A stretch of DNA of 62,152 bases, the filler included, from Klebsormidium nitens (Eukaryota; Plantae; Klebsormidiophyceae): NCBI GenBank assembly GCA_000708835.1. It is 7 parts of 7 records of this genome, joined end to end, with 100 filler letters (N's around TTAATTAATTAA, not from the genome) between each part and the next. Parts side by side here need not be neighbours in the genome. Positions count along the whole stretch, not along the records: positions 1 to 29,916 come from DF237776.1; 6 more parts are not named here. One strand, 5' to 3'. Within the stretch, counting starts at the first letter, position 1. Each line of letters opens with the position of its first letter. Made by a program: the position numbers and the translations under genes. The notes below the pieces were generated by a model. That model was not told the DNA's origin. It did no database searches and worked only from the letters and a program-made list of their open reading frames with translations. Shown here piece after piece: positions 1 through 11,575 of the stretch.

Positions 1-779
1 GGACTCTCCGCACTAGTTGCGTGCCTGGCCGCACGATTGCATACGGACAGGTTGCGTTCCGCCACTAGATTCGCTGTTCGATTCTCGCCGTCTCAGATAT
101 TGTACTGCGATTGTCCAATCGGGGCTAGACTTTGCACGTGTTATTTGCGTGACCTGACTTTGCCTAGGCGGACTTATACCAGGTTTAGCATAGCACCCGG
201 ACACTCTATCTTTCGCGCCGCTAGTATGAGACTTGACTTTCGATTGCCTTAGGCTCAGGAGTGTGATTTGTAGAGATATTCTTCTTCTAGGAGTTGCGGG
301 GAGACGAGTTGCTAGGATAGGCGCTTGTGCTGAGGTCTTGAGCAGCTTATTATGGCTCCCGCAGTTGTGTTTTGCTTCCGCTCAATTTCAGCGTGCTTAG
401 TGTGATAAGATTTCATGCGGGGACGTCATGCTGTGTGCGGGGAACTGACGTGTGGCTGCGGAGAGCCAGCGTTTATAGCTGCATAGCCTGTGTGCGGGCT
501 GCCAGGGCCAGCCCCTGGTTGCACTTAAGTGGTATGGGACACTTAAGAGCATGTGTGCAGTAGATTTGTGCCGAGTGCAAAGGGGCTCGCCACGTTATGC
601 TTCCGCTGCGTAGATAGCCTGCGGAGCCGTGCGGAGATGACGTCATACGTGTGACTTGTGCGCGCGCATGAGCATGGCTGCCAGGTGTATCGTTGCTCTC
701 CGCCCTAGTTGCTGATTTCCGCCATGGTGGGGGTTGGCAGGTAGGTGTGGCTTCCTAGAGAGTACACACCTCTGGTTGA

Positions 780-1060
780 CGGCGGCAACGGCGTCGATTA
801 TTTTCCGTTAAAATTTCAGAAGGCCCGTCGACGGGGCATCGACGGCGTCGACGGAACCTTGAAAGATTTGTAGGTCCCAATCCCCCGTCAATGGAGTAGT
901 GTCCGTCGACGGACTCCGTCGCCTGCGAAAGCCCGGGGTACCGAGCAGATTTTGATGTACAGACAGTCAACGGTCCGACGACGGAAATAGGAGACTGCAA
1001 AGAACCCAGTGTTTCCGTCGAATTCTAAAAAATCTGGCCCGCCGACGGCGTCAAAAATAA
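780..1060. repeat. Cluster of CCGTCGACGG-like palindromic motifs, possibly the subterminal region of a DNA transposon
   Basis: Repeated CCGTCG/CGACGG words near 826-860, 902-922, 975-985, 1014-1020 and 1041-1050. No convincing TIR pair or TSD found. Confidence 0.4.
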
Positions 1061-2046
1061 ATCCAGGTGCGAACAATCAAACGCGACCATTGTCCGTCCG
1101 ACTCCGACCCCCGGCTGGTGTTCAATGCATGGTCCAAGAGGAAACACGGTACCAACCGGTCACCAGGATTAACATGCAACTGCCAGTTGACGCCGGCAGG
1201 ACTCCGTCCGGCAGTGCATGTACGCCTCTGACAGACCAGCTAGGACGACCGTTTCGTACGGATAGCCGAGCTCAAGACCGGGAGTCAACTTGAAGGGCCG
1301 GACTCGGACAGGAATCAGTTGGGACTCATCAGGCCGGGCTGAGCTAGAAAGCAATTTGATGCGTGCGCCTCCCGGCGGCGTCGTCGTCGGCGGAGCTACC
1401 GGTAGCACAGTTCCAAACGATATCAATAATTACTTGGACAATCACAGACTGCTACCCGTACTGCCAGTCTAGGTAGGATCTGTAACAGTATAGCGTACGG
1501 TAGTCTGTTTGTCTGAAGAAGCTGTCAGTTAAGTAATCTGCACTCTAGTGCAGCTTGCTGCCATCCGCCCAATCATAATTAGCTCCAGCGCAAGTTTTAC
1601 ATTCCCTTCAGCCCACCACCAGCCAGTCTCTACTACCGGTAGCATCAATCAGCTGTCTTCAAGCTAGGGTTCAGCGGATCACTGGCGCCGGCATCCCCTT
1701 CATCCCGCCAGTAGTGGCGATCAAGGTCAATTCGGAGGCTTCCTTGAACGTGAGATTCTTCCTCTTTAACCAGCTGATTCCTCAGGTCATCTTTCTCCAC
1801 GCCCAGCTCATAGACTCCGGGACGTCGTTCTCTGTAAGCTGAGACAAAGCACTAGCGCTAGCTTGTGGCATTGTGGACACTAGCCTGGTAAGGAACATCG
1901 AACATCTGCCTTTGCTTTGTACAAACTTAAATTCAGTGTTGACTCCACTCCCTAATTAGTTCGACATTTGAATCATTCTGCTGCGCTGTTGTTATTACTG
2001 CAAGATATTCAAACTTCTTTATGCAATGTCCCATGTTGCAGGCTCA

Positions 2047-4874
2047 ATGGCGCCTTCTACCACCATCTATCTCGTCCTGGCGATGGCTCTTCTTCTCGCT
2101 TTCTGCCAGACTGGCGCCTCTGTCTTAGATACAGTAAATGGGTCTGTGACCACCTTGGCTGATGGGGTGAGTACAAAAGCAGTTGGATAATTCTCAGGTT
2201 CACTACAAGCTGGCTTCTCTGACAAGTTGCGATCTTATGTTTGTATCCGCTTTGCACGGGTAAGCCTGCGCTTTAAATATTGAATCCATTGGTTCTTGTA
2301 GCTCCCGGCAGGCACTTAGATTTGATTTTGATGAGACCAACTGATCACCTTGAGATTTACTATCACTATCACAGCATCATGATATTGACTCAACTTGTGG
2401 AAGTTTAAACCACTGGCAGATTGTGGCGGGTCATGTTGCACATCCTCTTCTCGATGCCCACTTTGACCTGACAGCAATGCCCACTTTGACCTGACAAGCT
2501 TTCCAATCCCTTCTCGCAGATCGGGGCCCGGCGCAATCTGCTCCAGATGGTAGCCAACTCACAATGCACAGCGGCCGGACAGTACATTGCGGACACATCC
2601 GTCTCCTGCACCAAAAACTGGCAGTGCACCGGCAACGGGCAGGCGTCCTACAGGAGCTGCCCTATTGGGAGTGCCTTTAAAAGTGAGTGCAAATGCTGCA
2701 TCGCCAAGTTCGTGTGCGGTGGGACTACCTCTGCCCCGACCACCAATCCACCCAAGTCAACAACCCCCATTACCCCAGCTCCGACAACGCCCCGCACCGG
2801 CAACGCCAGCGACTACTCAATGTAAGTCGTCAATCTGAGTACACAGTAATCATTCCTGATCAGATCAACGCGGCAAAGATGAGTTGGGTTTGCTTGACCT
2901 GCTGATGTTGAATTTCGTGTATGGCATATAATCATCTGCACGGAACATTGACAGAGATACCGGTAAGGTTGACCGTCCTTGCCTGTATTATTTCTTGACT
3001 TTTATTTGATTGAAAGTGGTTCAGTTGTCATCAGGTCTCTAGATGAGATGTCCATCACCTTACTTTTAGGGCAACTCAAAACTGGTCAGTATCTGCTTGG
3101 ACTGCAAAGAATTTCCTGGTTTTGGGGACAATGATGTTGATGAATTTTTAAAGGTTGCGACGACCCTTCAGATGGTGCCATTGCAGCGCATAGGCTCGTT
3201 TGCCAAGGTTTTAACTCGTTGTACAACTCCTTTGCAGCTTTCATCGGCTGCGTGAAGCATTCCTATGGTCGGGGCGCCGGCTCCCCGCTTCATGCGTGCC
3301 CCTCCGACCATCCCTCCCGAGAGAACAGTCTCTGCTATGCAAACTGTCCTGGTGGCTACTCTGGAAACGCCTTCATGTGCTACCAGAACTGCCCAAGTGG
3401 TTTCGCAAACACGCCTCTGACTTGCACAAAGCCATGTGAGTGCCAGGTCATTAGATTCTTGTGATCCATCCTCTGAAATTGCCTCTGAAATTGCCTTGCT
3501 TGCATGTGTCTGAGCGATGTCACGTGTGATGCTTGAACCTGTGAGAAACGAATAGCTCATGAGTTAATGTTGACTGTGCCCTAATCAGTTGGAGACGTAC
3601 TTGTCCACCGGCTCTCTCAACTGCGATATGTCCTGGCTTTTGCACTTGAGGCCGGAAAGTCACCAAGGCCTTTTGTGCTTGCACATGTGCCATACTGGCT
3701 TATCTTGCTGCTTGTATTTAATTGGTTGCCCACTTGTATAGATGTGCCTGGGTGAACTCATCTTCGTCTCTGGTCTTGCACATTCTAAAAGGTGTTCATT
3801 CTGAATCCTTAACAGCTTGACTCTTTTGCAGCTGTGTACGGCCGAGGTGGTGGCTACTGCTGGTTCTTCAACAACCCTCAAGCGAATTGTGAGCGCGACA
3901 ACGGCGCTGGGAACTGCGAAATGTGGGGCACGTGCTCGTACCCCAAGTGCCAAGCCAACTTCTCCCCTTTCGCTTGTTGCGTTTGCTCACCAAACTGCCC
4001 CGGAGGTTGGAGTGACTTCGGCGTGGGCTGTTCCAAGCCAGCCTACAATCGTGGCGCCGGCGTTCCCATGCAGTGCGGCTCCAATGAGGACCAGAACGGT
4101 GCCCTGTGCTACCCACCATGCACCAATGGAGCCAAAGGTCGGTCTTTAATGTAGCTACTCTTCGAATGAAGTTCAATGAACTGTACTGCTAGACCGAAGG
4201 TGCACAAGCAGCTGCATCTTCGTTGAACTTTTGCCTCTTTGCCTGTTTCCGATTGTCACTTCCTTATTTCGCGCAGCATGTTGTAGACATTCTAGCACAA
4301 ATGAGCATACTCCACTTGATTGTTAACCAATCTTTCCCGTTGTTCTTAAGGGGTTGGGCCGGTGTGTTGGGGCACATGTTCGGGTACGTACCCGACTGAG
4401 TGCGGCATGTTCTGCACCAAGAGTACGCTCGACTGTGTTCACCTCAACGGAGAGCTTTTGCTTCAATCAAGTGAGTCATTGAAAGTTGATATGTTTGCAC
4501 GGAGATATGACAAGGGAGCATCGACTGCTGCCTGTGGAAACAACTTGAATGCATTTTGTAGTTTGCAAAAAACGATACAAATTGAATTCCATATTCACAA
4601 ACTGGTAAGTCTCTCACTAGCTAGCAGAATAGTAATGAGTGTCCAACATAAAACTATCCGTGCACAACCTCTTGTGTCGATATCTTTGAGTTTTACTCTT
4701 GCAGAGGAAATTCTACAATCCGCTGCAGCCATTGTCAGTTGCGCAGCGACCACAATTGCAACCAATGGTGCGGCAGCCGCATGCTTCGTTTCTGCAATAG
4801 CGGAGGCGACTCTTGTTACTGCTCCAACGGTTGCGGTTTTCTGGGGAGAAAAAATAGATGGATTGTGTAAGTGA
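2047..4874 (+). CDS. Secreted protein (~407 aa): signal peptide, CBM14/peritrophin-A-like chitin-binding domain, Thr/Pro linker, cysteine-rich repeats, hydrophobic C-terminal tail
   Basis: Phase-consistent GT-AG exons 2047-2166, 2520-2821, 2955-2962, 3238-3435, 3832-4137, 4351-4470, 4705-4874 (1224 nt). N-terminus MAPSTTIYLVLAMALLLAFCQTGAS. Domain CTAAGQYIADTSVSCTKNWQCTGNGQASYRSCPIGSAFKSECKCCIAKFVC has ChtBD2-like cysteine spacing. Repeats contain YGRG, LCY and GVGPVCW. Confidence 0.75.
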
Positions 4875-5294
4875 AACAGGATATGTGGGTAGGTGATCCA
4901 CCGCAAGCTACCAACGTGTATGGAAAACCGAGATTGTTTTCAACAACTTTTGAACAACAACTAAGTCGAGTATGTAAGAGTAATCTAACTAACTCCGAAG
5001 TAGACGTAGTTGTTAACATTGATTTCTTTTAACCATCTACAATTGAAACACGTACCAGTGACTGGATATTTATTTTGAGTACCTTCTTAACAAGTTCTTT
5101 TCTTAAAAGCCAGGCAAAGAAGACGACATTTTACCTACGTAATTCAGAATATGCTACTCTCGAGGTAAAGTGGTCACTTTGCTCCAAAATATTGAGAACT
5201 TATAATAATATTGCTGGCCCACCACTTAAATAATTGGTAGGAATGATAATCACGCGTACCTCTTCACATATCTCATTGGTGACGCATGTTCCAC

Positions 5295-5799
5295 TTATGG
5301 CTCCTCTTATGGGGCCTTTCAACCGGAAAGCCGCTGGCTACAATATATAATGGGAGACTTTGACCGGTTTGCCGCCACCTTAAGCGCAGAGGGGCCTCAT
5401 CTAGGCCGCCTGATATTTGTGTACCTGAGAACATCTCGGATTCAGCCGCTTTGGTCCGATGCAGACTATTTGAAGGACAGCTTGGAAGCATGGGCGCTCA
5501 CAGCAGACGGACGCTTGGTGGAAAATGTATCGTTGGAAATGTATGCTTGTCTAGATCAGTCCCTTAGAAAGCCATATCAAGAGGTAGAGAGCGGAGCCAA
5601 GGCGTGGTTTTGTCCCATGGCTTTACCGGAAGGTCACAGTGACATTTTCATCGGAAAGTTCTTTCCTGTGTATTGTAAGCAGAGTCTAGTCAAGAGCGGC
5701 GGCAGCAAAGATGGCGAGATCGTCTCCAAAAGCCCTGACTTCCAGGCAAGGAAATGGTCGTGTTGTCTGAGAATGCTTTTTTCTCAGATCAAGAGATGA
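5295..5799 (+). pseudogene. Frameshifted, 5'-truncated relic of the adjacent F-box-like family
   Basis: LLLWGL (frame starting 5301) shifts +1 into the 5350 ORF, which has GDF, TSRIQPL and SLEMY. These align by eye with LLWGL, VGDF, TSRLEPV and DLEIY of the 8976 ORF. No F-box N-terminus. Confidence 0.45.
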
Positions 5800-7288
5800 G
5801 TCCTGGACTTCTTCGTTTCCTAGGCTGAAAGGTATTACTGAAGTAAGGGCATGACTGAACAGTCCCACTCGTTCCTAAATCTCGCTTAGTGAACGCACTC
5901 TCTTTCACAAGCTTTAGCCCTCGTCACACATGAGATTCGACTCCAATAAACGGGACGCCTCCTGATGTAATACTTGTTGAAACGTTTAAGACAACCCATT
6001 TCTGTGCCATGCATTGCAACCTACAAACACCGCATGGAACCCAGTTCCAAGAAAGACAGATGCAGAGATGTTTGTGGTGACTACGTTTGCACTTTTAGAT
6101 CTTTACTTGCCGGTCGATTTACGACCCGGCAGTCTACTTGAAGTCTGCGTCGCTTGCAAAACTTGCAGGTCACAGCTTGCCGAGTTGTGCAATACTCCAT
6201 CAAGCCGGCCTGCATGATGCCACTCAGGCGGACGGGGCCTTTCTCGTAAGTGCCTCAATTCGGGTCCGCCTACATTATCGTCGAAGTTTCCCTCAGCTCT
6301 CTTTCTGCAAGAATGTATGTATGTATCAATTTTCCAATGCCACATCATGAATGAGCTCGTGTGAAGGATGCTGTCCGGAGGAGGCGCTACTTGTTTTACT
6401 ATTCCCTACCATGTCAAGTCTGGTCGATACATGGCCCGAATCTAACTCCAATACTTCCAAGCGGATTGACCCGGCCTTTTTCAGAATTCTTCAAAGATTT
6501 GCAGATCAGATTACACATTCCGTCAAGTTACACATTCAGCGGCCGGTAAATTCCTACACGGAACCGCTTATCATTATACGCTGCCTCACCGCAGTCGGGA
6601 AGTAGAGCGATGCATGAACAGCAGTACGGAGCGAATCGCCGCTCCAATCATAAGCCCACTGAACCGAGCCGTCAATTCTCTTGGCAGAGGAACGGTAAAA
6701 CTTGCATGATGGGTGGTACGTGGTCAGAATCAGCCGTGGACTTTACGAAGATTGTCAAAAGATTCATGAAAGTCGATCAAATCTTTCATGGTACAAAAAA
6801 TGAATCGAATCATTAGGCAACAAAGCCCGTAAACAATCCGGTAACCCTTTGTCCTGAAGTATCTGCGCGCCGCATCGTCGTGCATCGGATTAGATTCTCC
6901 ACCATTTTGGAATTTTGTCTTCGTACTCCCATGACAGATGTTGTGTAAACAGATAGCACCGACCAGTACGTCGAACGAGAGCTCAATCTTTTCTCGATCT
7001 TGCATACCAGCTTGTAGATTAAGTGCCGGGCTTCTTACACGCACATATTCGCATCTAACAAGAACTTTGTGGAAAAGCATTCTTGGCAATTCTCTTACTG
7101 AACAAACAATTCACTACGACGTTATTTCAAACGTCAGATCTTTACCGGCAGCAATCTATGATTCTACCAGCGATGCAAGGTGGACGGTAGTACTTTCTTG
7201 AACCAGAAACCTCTATGCTGCTCTTATCCCTGGCTCTACATTCACCAAAGGCCCGGCGGTTCTCCTAGTAGCTTCCTTGCGCAAAACT

Positions 7289-8188
7289 TCAATTCAGAGG
7301 GGATTCCTTCTCGTCAACCCAATTGAAGGTCAAGCGTGGACGTAGCGTGCCGAATTCGACCCGCAAGAAGGAGTCTCTTCCAATCGCTGAGGAGCTTGAA
7401 GGGACACCTGGAGAAGAGAACCCCCGAAAAGAGAAATTCCGCCAGGCAACAGAGTTCGTTCTCAGCTCTTCCAGTTTCGGCTGTTTGCGCGGATCAAATC
7501 CTCCGTACAAGATGTCGGCATAGTCTGCACCTGCGCCGGCGCGCACAGATCCTTCCCGATTGGTGACGTATACCTCAACAGAGATCACACTGAGAAGCTC
7601 AACAAGTTGACGTTGTGTGCTGTCTTTGTCTTCTGCCATCTTCCATGCTTTCATGGATTCCTCTAAAGAGGCAGCTTCAGGCAATGGATTGAGAAATTGT
7701 GTAGCCCATGCCTTATGATGCCTTTCTGAACTCTGGTCTCCTCTTGGCAGAATTAGTACTGCATCCGTGCCCCAGAAGATGAGGCTCCCATGTAGCCGAA
7801 CCAAGGTCAACGTATTTCTACTTGAAAAGGGGTATGACCTAGAGTGAGAGAGAACAAAGCTTTCCTTTTCAAATGTCTTCGTTCTAGTGTTCGACCGAGT
7901 TCTTGGAAAGCGCTCTGTCACAAATTGAGCCATCACAAACTGCTTGAAGCCGCCTAGCCTGTCTATTTCTGCCCCCAGGTATTCTATCTTTCCTAGGTAC
8001 TTCTGTGAGTCGCTATTGCCGTGCCTAGTCATTGGACCATACAGTGCTTCCTTCCAGATGCCTGGGTTCTGTGATGCGCAGCGGTGGAAGGGCGCTAAAA
8101 CAAGGGTCGCTTGGAGCAGAGAGAGGGGATCTTGGGCCGCCAGCTTGCGGAGAACCATTAGCAGCACGTCGCCGGGAAGGCTCTCCAT
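7289..8188 (-). CDS. Intronless F-box-like protein (299 aa)
   Basis: ATG at 8188. N-terminus MESLPGDVLLMVLRKLAAQDPLSLLQAT...IWKEALYG is an LP-D-V-L F-box-like start. Paralogous to 8976-9800. Confidence 0.7.
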   Translation of the reverse strand: MESLPGDVLLMVLRKLAAQDPLSLLQATLVLAPFHRCASQNPGIWKEALYGPMTRHGNSDSQKYLGKIEYLGAEIDRLGGFKQFVMAQFVTERFPRTRSNTRTKTFEKESFVLSHSRSYPFSSRNTLTLVRLHGSLIFWGTDAVLILPRGDQSSERHHKAWATQFLNPLPEAASLEESMKAWKMAEDKDSTQRQLVELLSVISVEVYVTNREGSVRAGAGADYADILYGGFDPRKQPKLEELRTNSVAWRNFSFRGFSSPGVPSSSSAIGRDSFLRVEFGTLRPRLTFNWVDEKESPLN

Positions 8189-8975
8189 GTTTTTGCTGCT
8201 GCTTAACAGGAAGTGAAGTTGATATGCGCTCCTCGCTGGCAATGGAGAAAAAGTACTAGTGAGCAAGATGGAATGCACTTGGATTTTGGAACACGCGGCG
8301 CGCATTCAAATGAAGGGTTTGAGCGCGCGCCGTGCCGCGGCCGCGTCTAACTTGAAATGTCTGAGAACCTCGCCAAAACCTCCCAATATATAGAAGCGCG
8401 CGGGCGGCAGATTTGCCATCCGACGCGGCCGGCCGCACCGGCCGCCACTCTCATTCAGCGTCAGCAATATGATAGCAGTACTTGTGGTCCCAGGAAAGAC
8501 CGGTACCTCCAGACGTCAACTCGACCAGCGGCACGCCTCAAGCTGATGCGGGTGTGACTGGGATTTAGCAGCGTCAGGTTCTATGAATTGACAGGTGGCA
8601 TGGCTTTCATCACGTGTTCCTCCTTTCCTGGAAGTTCATCTAAGCACCTCTCTGCGTTCTTGTTCTGTGCACCAGCTAGACGTCCGTGTGATGATGCAGC
8701 TAGATCGAGATTCACAGCCTCTGCCTTCGAAGTCATTATGTATTTTCTCCTTCAACCAGTCCCTTGCAGTCGAAACAAGTGCCTTCAGCTCGCAAGCTTT
8801 TTGCATCCAAGCTTCTTCGCGTTTGGAAAAGTCCAAAGACCTTCAAATTCCGTAGCCCCCGAAAGAACACAAAGCTCCCTTTCTATCCAAGGAGAAAGGA
8901 AGGAAAGAGGGGAAAGGGAAAAGTATACCAGGAAAGAGGCGGAGAAAAGGCCTCCAGCAAGTTTCTCGAGCTGCC

Positions 8976-9800
8976 ATGGAGAGTCTCCCAAACGACGTCG
9001 TTTCCGTCGTTCTTCACAAGCTGGCGGTGCAGGATCCCCGGTCTCTGCTACGCGCCACTTTTGCCTGCGAAGCGTTCCACCGGGAGGCTGAAAGTAACCG
9101 GGGCATCTGGAAGGACGCCTTCTTCGGCGGAGACTCGAATTCTGCTGGGGACTACTGCAAAGACGAGAAAGTCGAAGCAGAGATCCTGGCTTTGGGTGGC
9201 TATGAGCAGATGGTGAAAGCTCGGTGGGCTGTGCCGGGGTGTTTGTTCCCTGAACAAAAGCAGGGAGATGCGTCGGTAATCGGGGTCGGCAGATTGGAAG
9301 ACAGCTCAGCTGGGGAGTATAAGCTGAGCAAACACCTGGTCGTCTTGAGGGAGAAAGGGCGACCTTTGCTGTGGGGCTTGCTGCTTCAGGACCGCCCGGA
9401 GACTCTGCGGGAGGTGGGCGATTTCGGTTTCAAGAACGCGTTTCGGGGCGGATCTCCCGACAGGATTTGCTTGACTCTCTTCACTTCTCGGCTGGAGCCA
9501 GTCTCTTCGAAAGACGAAAGGGAAGGTCACTTGAAGATGAAGCTTAAGGGAAGTGGACGAGTAATGCAGAGGGCCGATCTCGATCTGGAAATCTATAATT
9601 ATATGAACGTCGCATCAGAGGCTTCAGATGCATCAGCAGATTCAGAAGACACCGTCACATCAGAGGTTTCAGAAGCATCAAAAGATTCCGAAGACGTAAT
9701 GTCAGACGATAGTCGGTCTTGGGCGTGCGATCTCGACTACGAGGGCAGAGACAATGTTTGGGCGTCTATATCTGATGGGGAGTTCTTCTACGTTAGATAG
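8976..9800 (+). CDS. Intronless F-box-like protein (274 aa), head-to-head paralog of 7289-8188
   Basis: MESLPNDVVSVVLHKLAVQDPRSLLRATFACEAF...IWKDAFFG is clearly similar to the minus-strand neighbour. Internal 45-bp duplication at 9614-9703. Confidence 0.7.
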   Translation: MESLPNDVVSVVLHKLAVQDPRSLLRATFACEAFHREAESNRGIWKDAFFGGDSNSAGDYCKDEKVEAEILALGGYEQMVKARWAVPGCLFPEQKQGDASVIGVGRLEDSSAGEYKLSKHLVVLREKGRPLLWGLLLQDRPETLREVGDFGFKNAFRGGSPDRICLTLFTSRLEPVSSKDEREGHLKMKLKGSGRVMQRADLDLEIYNYMNVASEASDASADSEDTVTSEVSEASKDSEDVMSDDSRSWACDLDYEGRDNVWASISDGEFFYVR

Positions 9801-11575
9801 AGATTGAGCCTGAGCTGTAAAGTCGAGGAAATGATCAACAGTGCGCTGTTAGAACTTTCCTTCGACAAACCGCGATCGTGTTTATTTATATTAGGTGTTT
9901 GAAAGTTTTGGTAACAAGAGCTACACTCTGCTTCCAAACGTTCGTCCGTGTAGAAGACTACTCTGACTGCGGTCGAGAAAAAGAAGTTTATTAACATGTG
10001 ACCCATTAGTTCTCACAACGACTTTTGTCACCAGGCGCCGTTCTGACATCAAGTGGTATGCAGTGCGTCTTGCTGAATGCTTTTATATTAAGAAAGTAGA
10101 TGCACGAGAGATGTCCCAATCCACTTGAAAGTGGGTGAATCTGCAAAGTCAATTCGAGAAGCAGCGCGGGGCTTTAAGTTGCAGTTAGATATATCCGCCA
10201 GTTGCGTGCAGTACGCCCTCATGCATGTCTGGCATTTGTAATGCAGTCCAGTGAGCTTCAAAGCCTGGTGCAATGCAAACACGAGTGAGCCAGGCTAATA
10301 ATGAGCACTTTGCACCAGGCTTTGAAGCTCATCGGACTGCATTACAATGCCTATGTATCCCAAGCTATAGCGGCCAAAACGTGATTTCAAACTTCGTGGA
10401 CGATTGTTTGATGTTAAGTGCAGTCCATGATATCGCAAGGGCGTTGACGAGATTCATACGTATGCCAAATAGTACATACTGCGCACGAAATGTTGTGCAC
10501 TACCGCGGATCGAGCGCTGCCCAGCGCCGCCGACGCATAGTGAAAGTGATAGCAGTAATAAATGGTTACACTACATATATGATGGGCCCATATATATTCA
10601 ATAGTATATCGGGCCCATGTTCAATAATATCTACATCATTGCCGCCATATGATAAGTTCGTCTGCAAGGTACCGTACCCCGGGCCCGCACCAACTGCACG
10701 CCCCTGTGAGAGCGGGCGTACGTAAACCTGGGTCCAAATACGTCCGAACCATCATGGCATGTGGAGATAACTTGACTTGGACCAGTGCAGCGCGCGGCAC
10801 TGGCACGCTCAACTCAGCTTACTAAGTTAAGCTTTGAAGCATGCAACGATCGCAAACGGTTTTAGTTAAGCTTGCATGCGGATGCAAAACACCCCTGGCA
10901 CTGATGCGTGTGCCGCCATGCATGAGCGCACATGTGAGTCGAACTGGCCTTGACTCGTGAGTCTCGCATGCCGCCTCGGCGCGCACCAGCAGGCTGGTCA
11001 TTCACTTGCACATGCACTGATCTGATCATGATCAGTTTGAAAGACACCTAGCTAATTTAAAGAGATCATGAAGCTCGTCGGGTGGGCCCGCGCCTGCGCT
11101 ACCTCCCTAGCTCAACAATGACCATGACCTTTCCTGTGGCAGGACTTGGGCATGCACTGATTTGCCGATTGAACCAGCATGCTAAACTGAAGAAACTGCG
11201 GCGGCGACCACATGCGCGTCTTTCATAAGATCACTGGGTGAGGCAGATGTCACAGGGGCCCGGCTGTTGGACTTCCATGCACACAGATGGACTCGCATGC
11301 TGACAATCTCAACGAGGGTCATGTCTGAAGAAGCTCAAGAAGGACCGACTCAAAGCCCGGTTTGACACAATGTACTCACACGAACGTGGTAGCTCTTTAC
11401 AGGCTATCTTATTTACGTCTTGTTGCACCACGCGGAATTGGATGCGAGACGGAGCGTGACCAAAGCGAAAGACTGGGCGCTCGCCCGATTCTCGACTAAC
11501 GAATCGTATCCCTACCCTCAAGAATAAGTTATATCTGATCCTACATAATCCGCAACGCCCACACCTCCTAGACTC

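Noticed and set aside
6938-7201. Possible fourth F-box relic (LWKSILG resembles IWKEALYG)
   Set aside because: Similarity is limited to a few residues and no LPxDV start is present.
10695-10730. Hairpin acgccc/gggcgt as a Helitron 3' end
   Set aside because: No CTRR terminus follows and no matching 5' TC end was identified.
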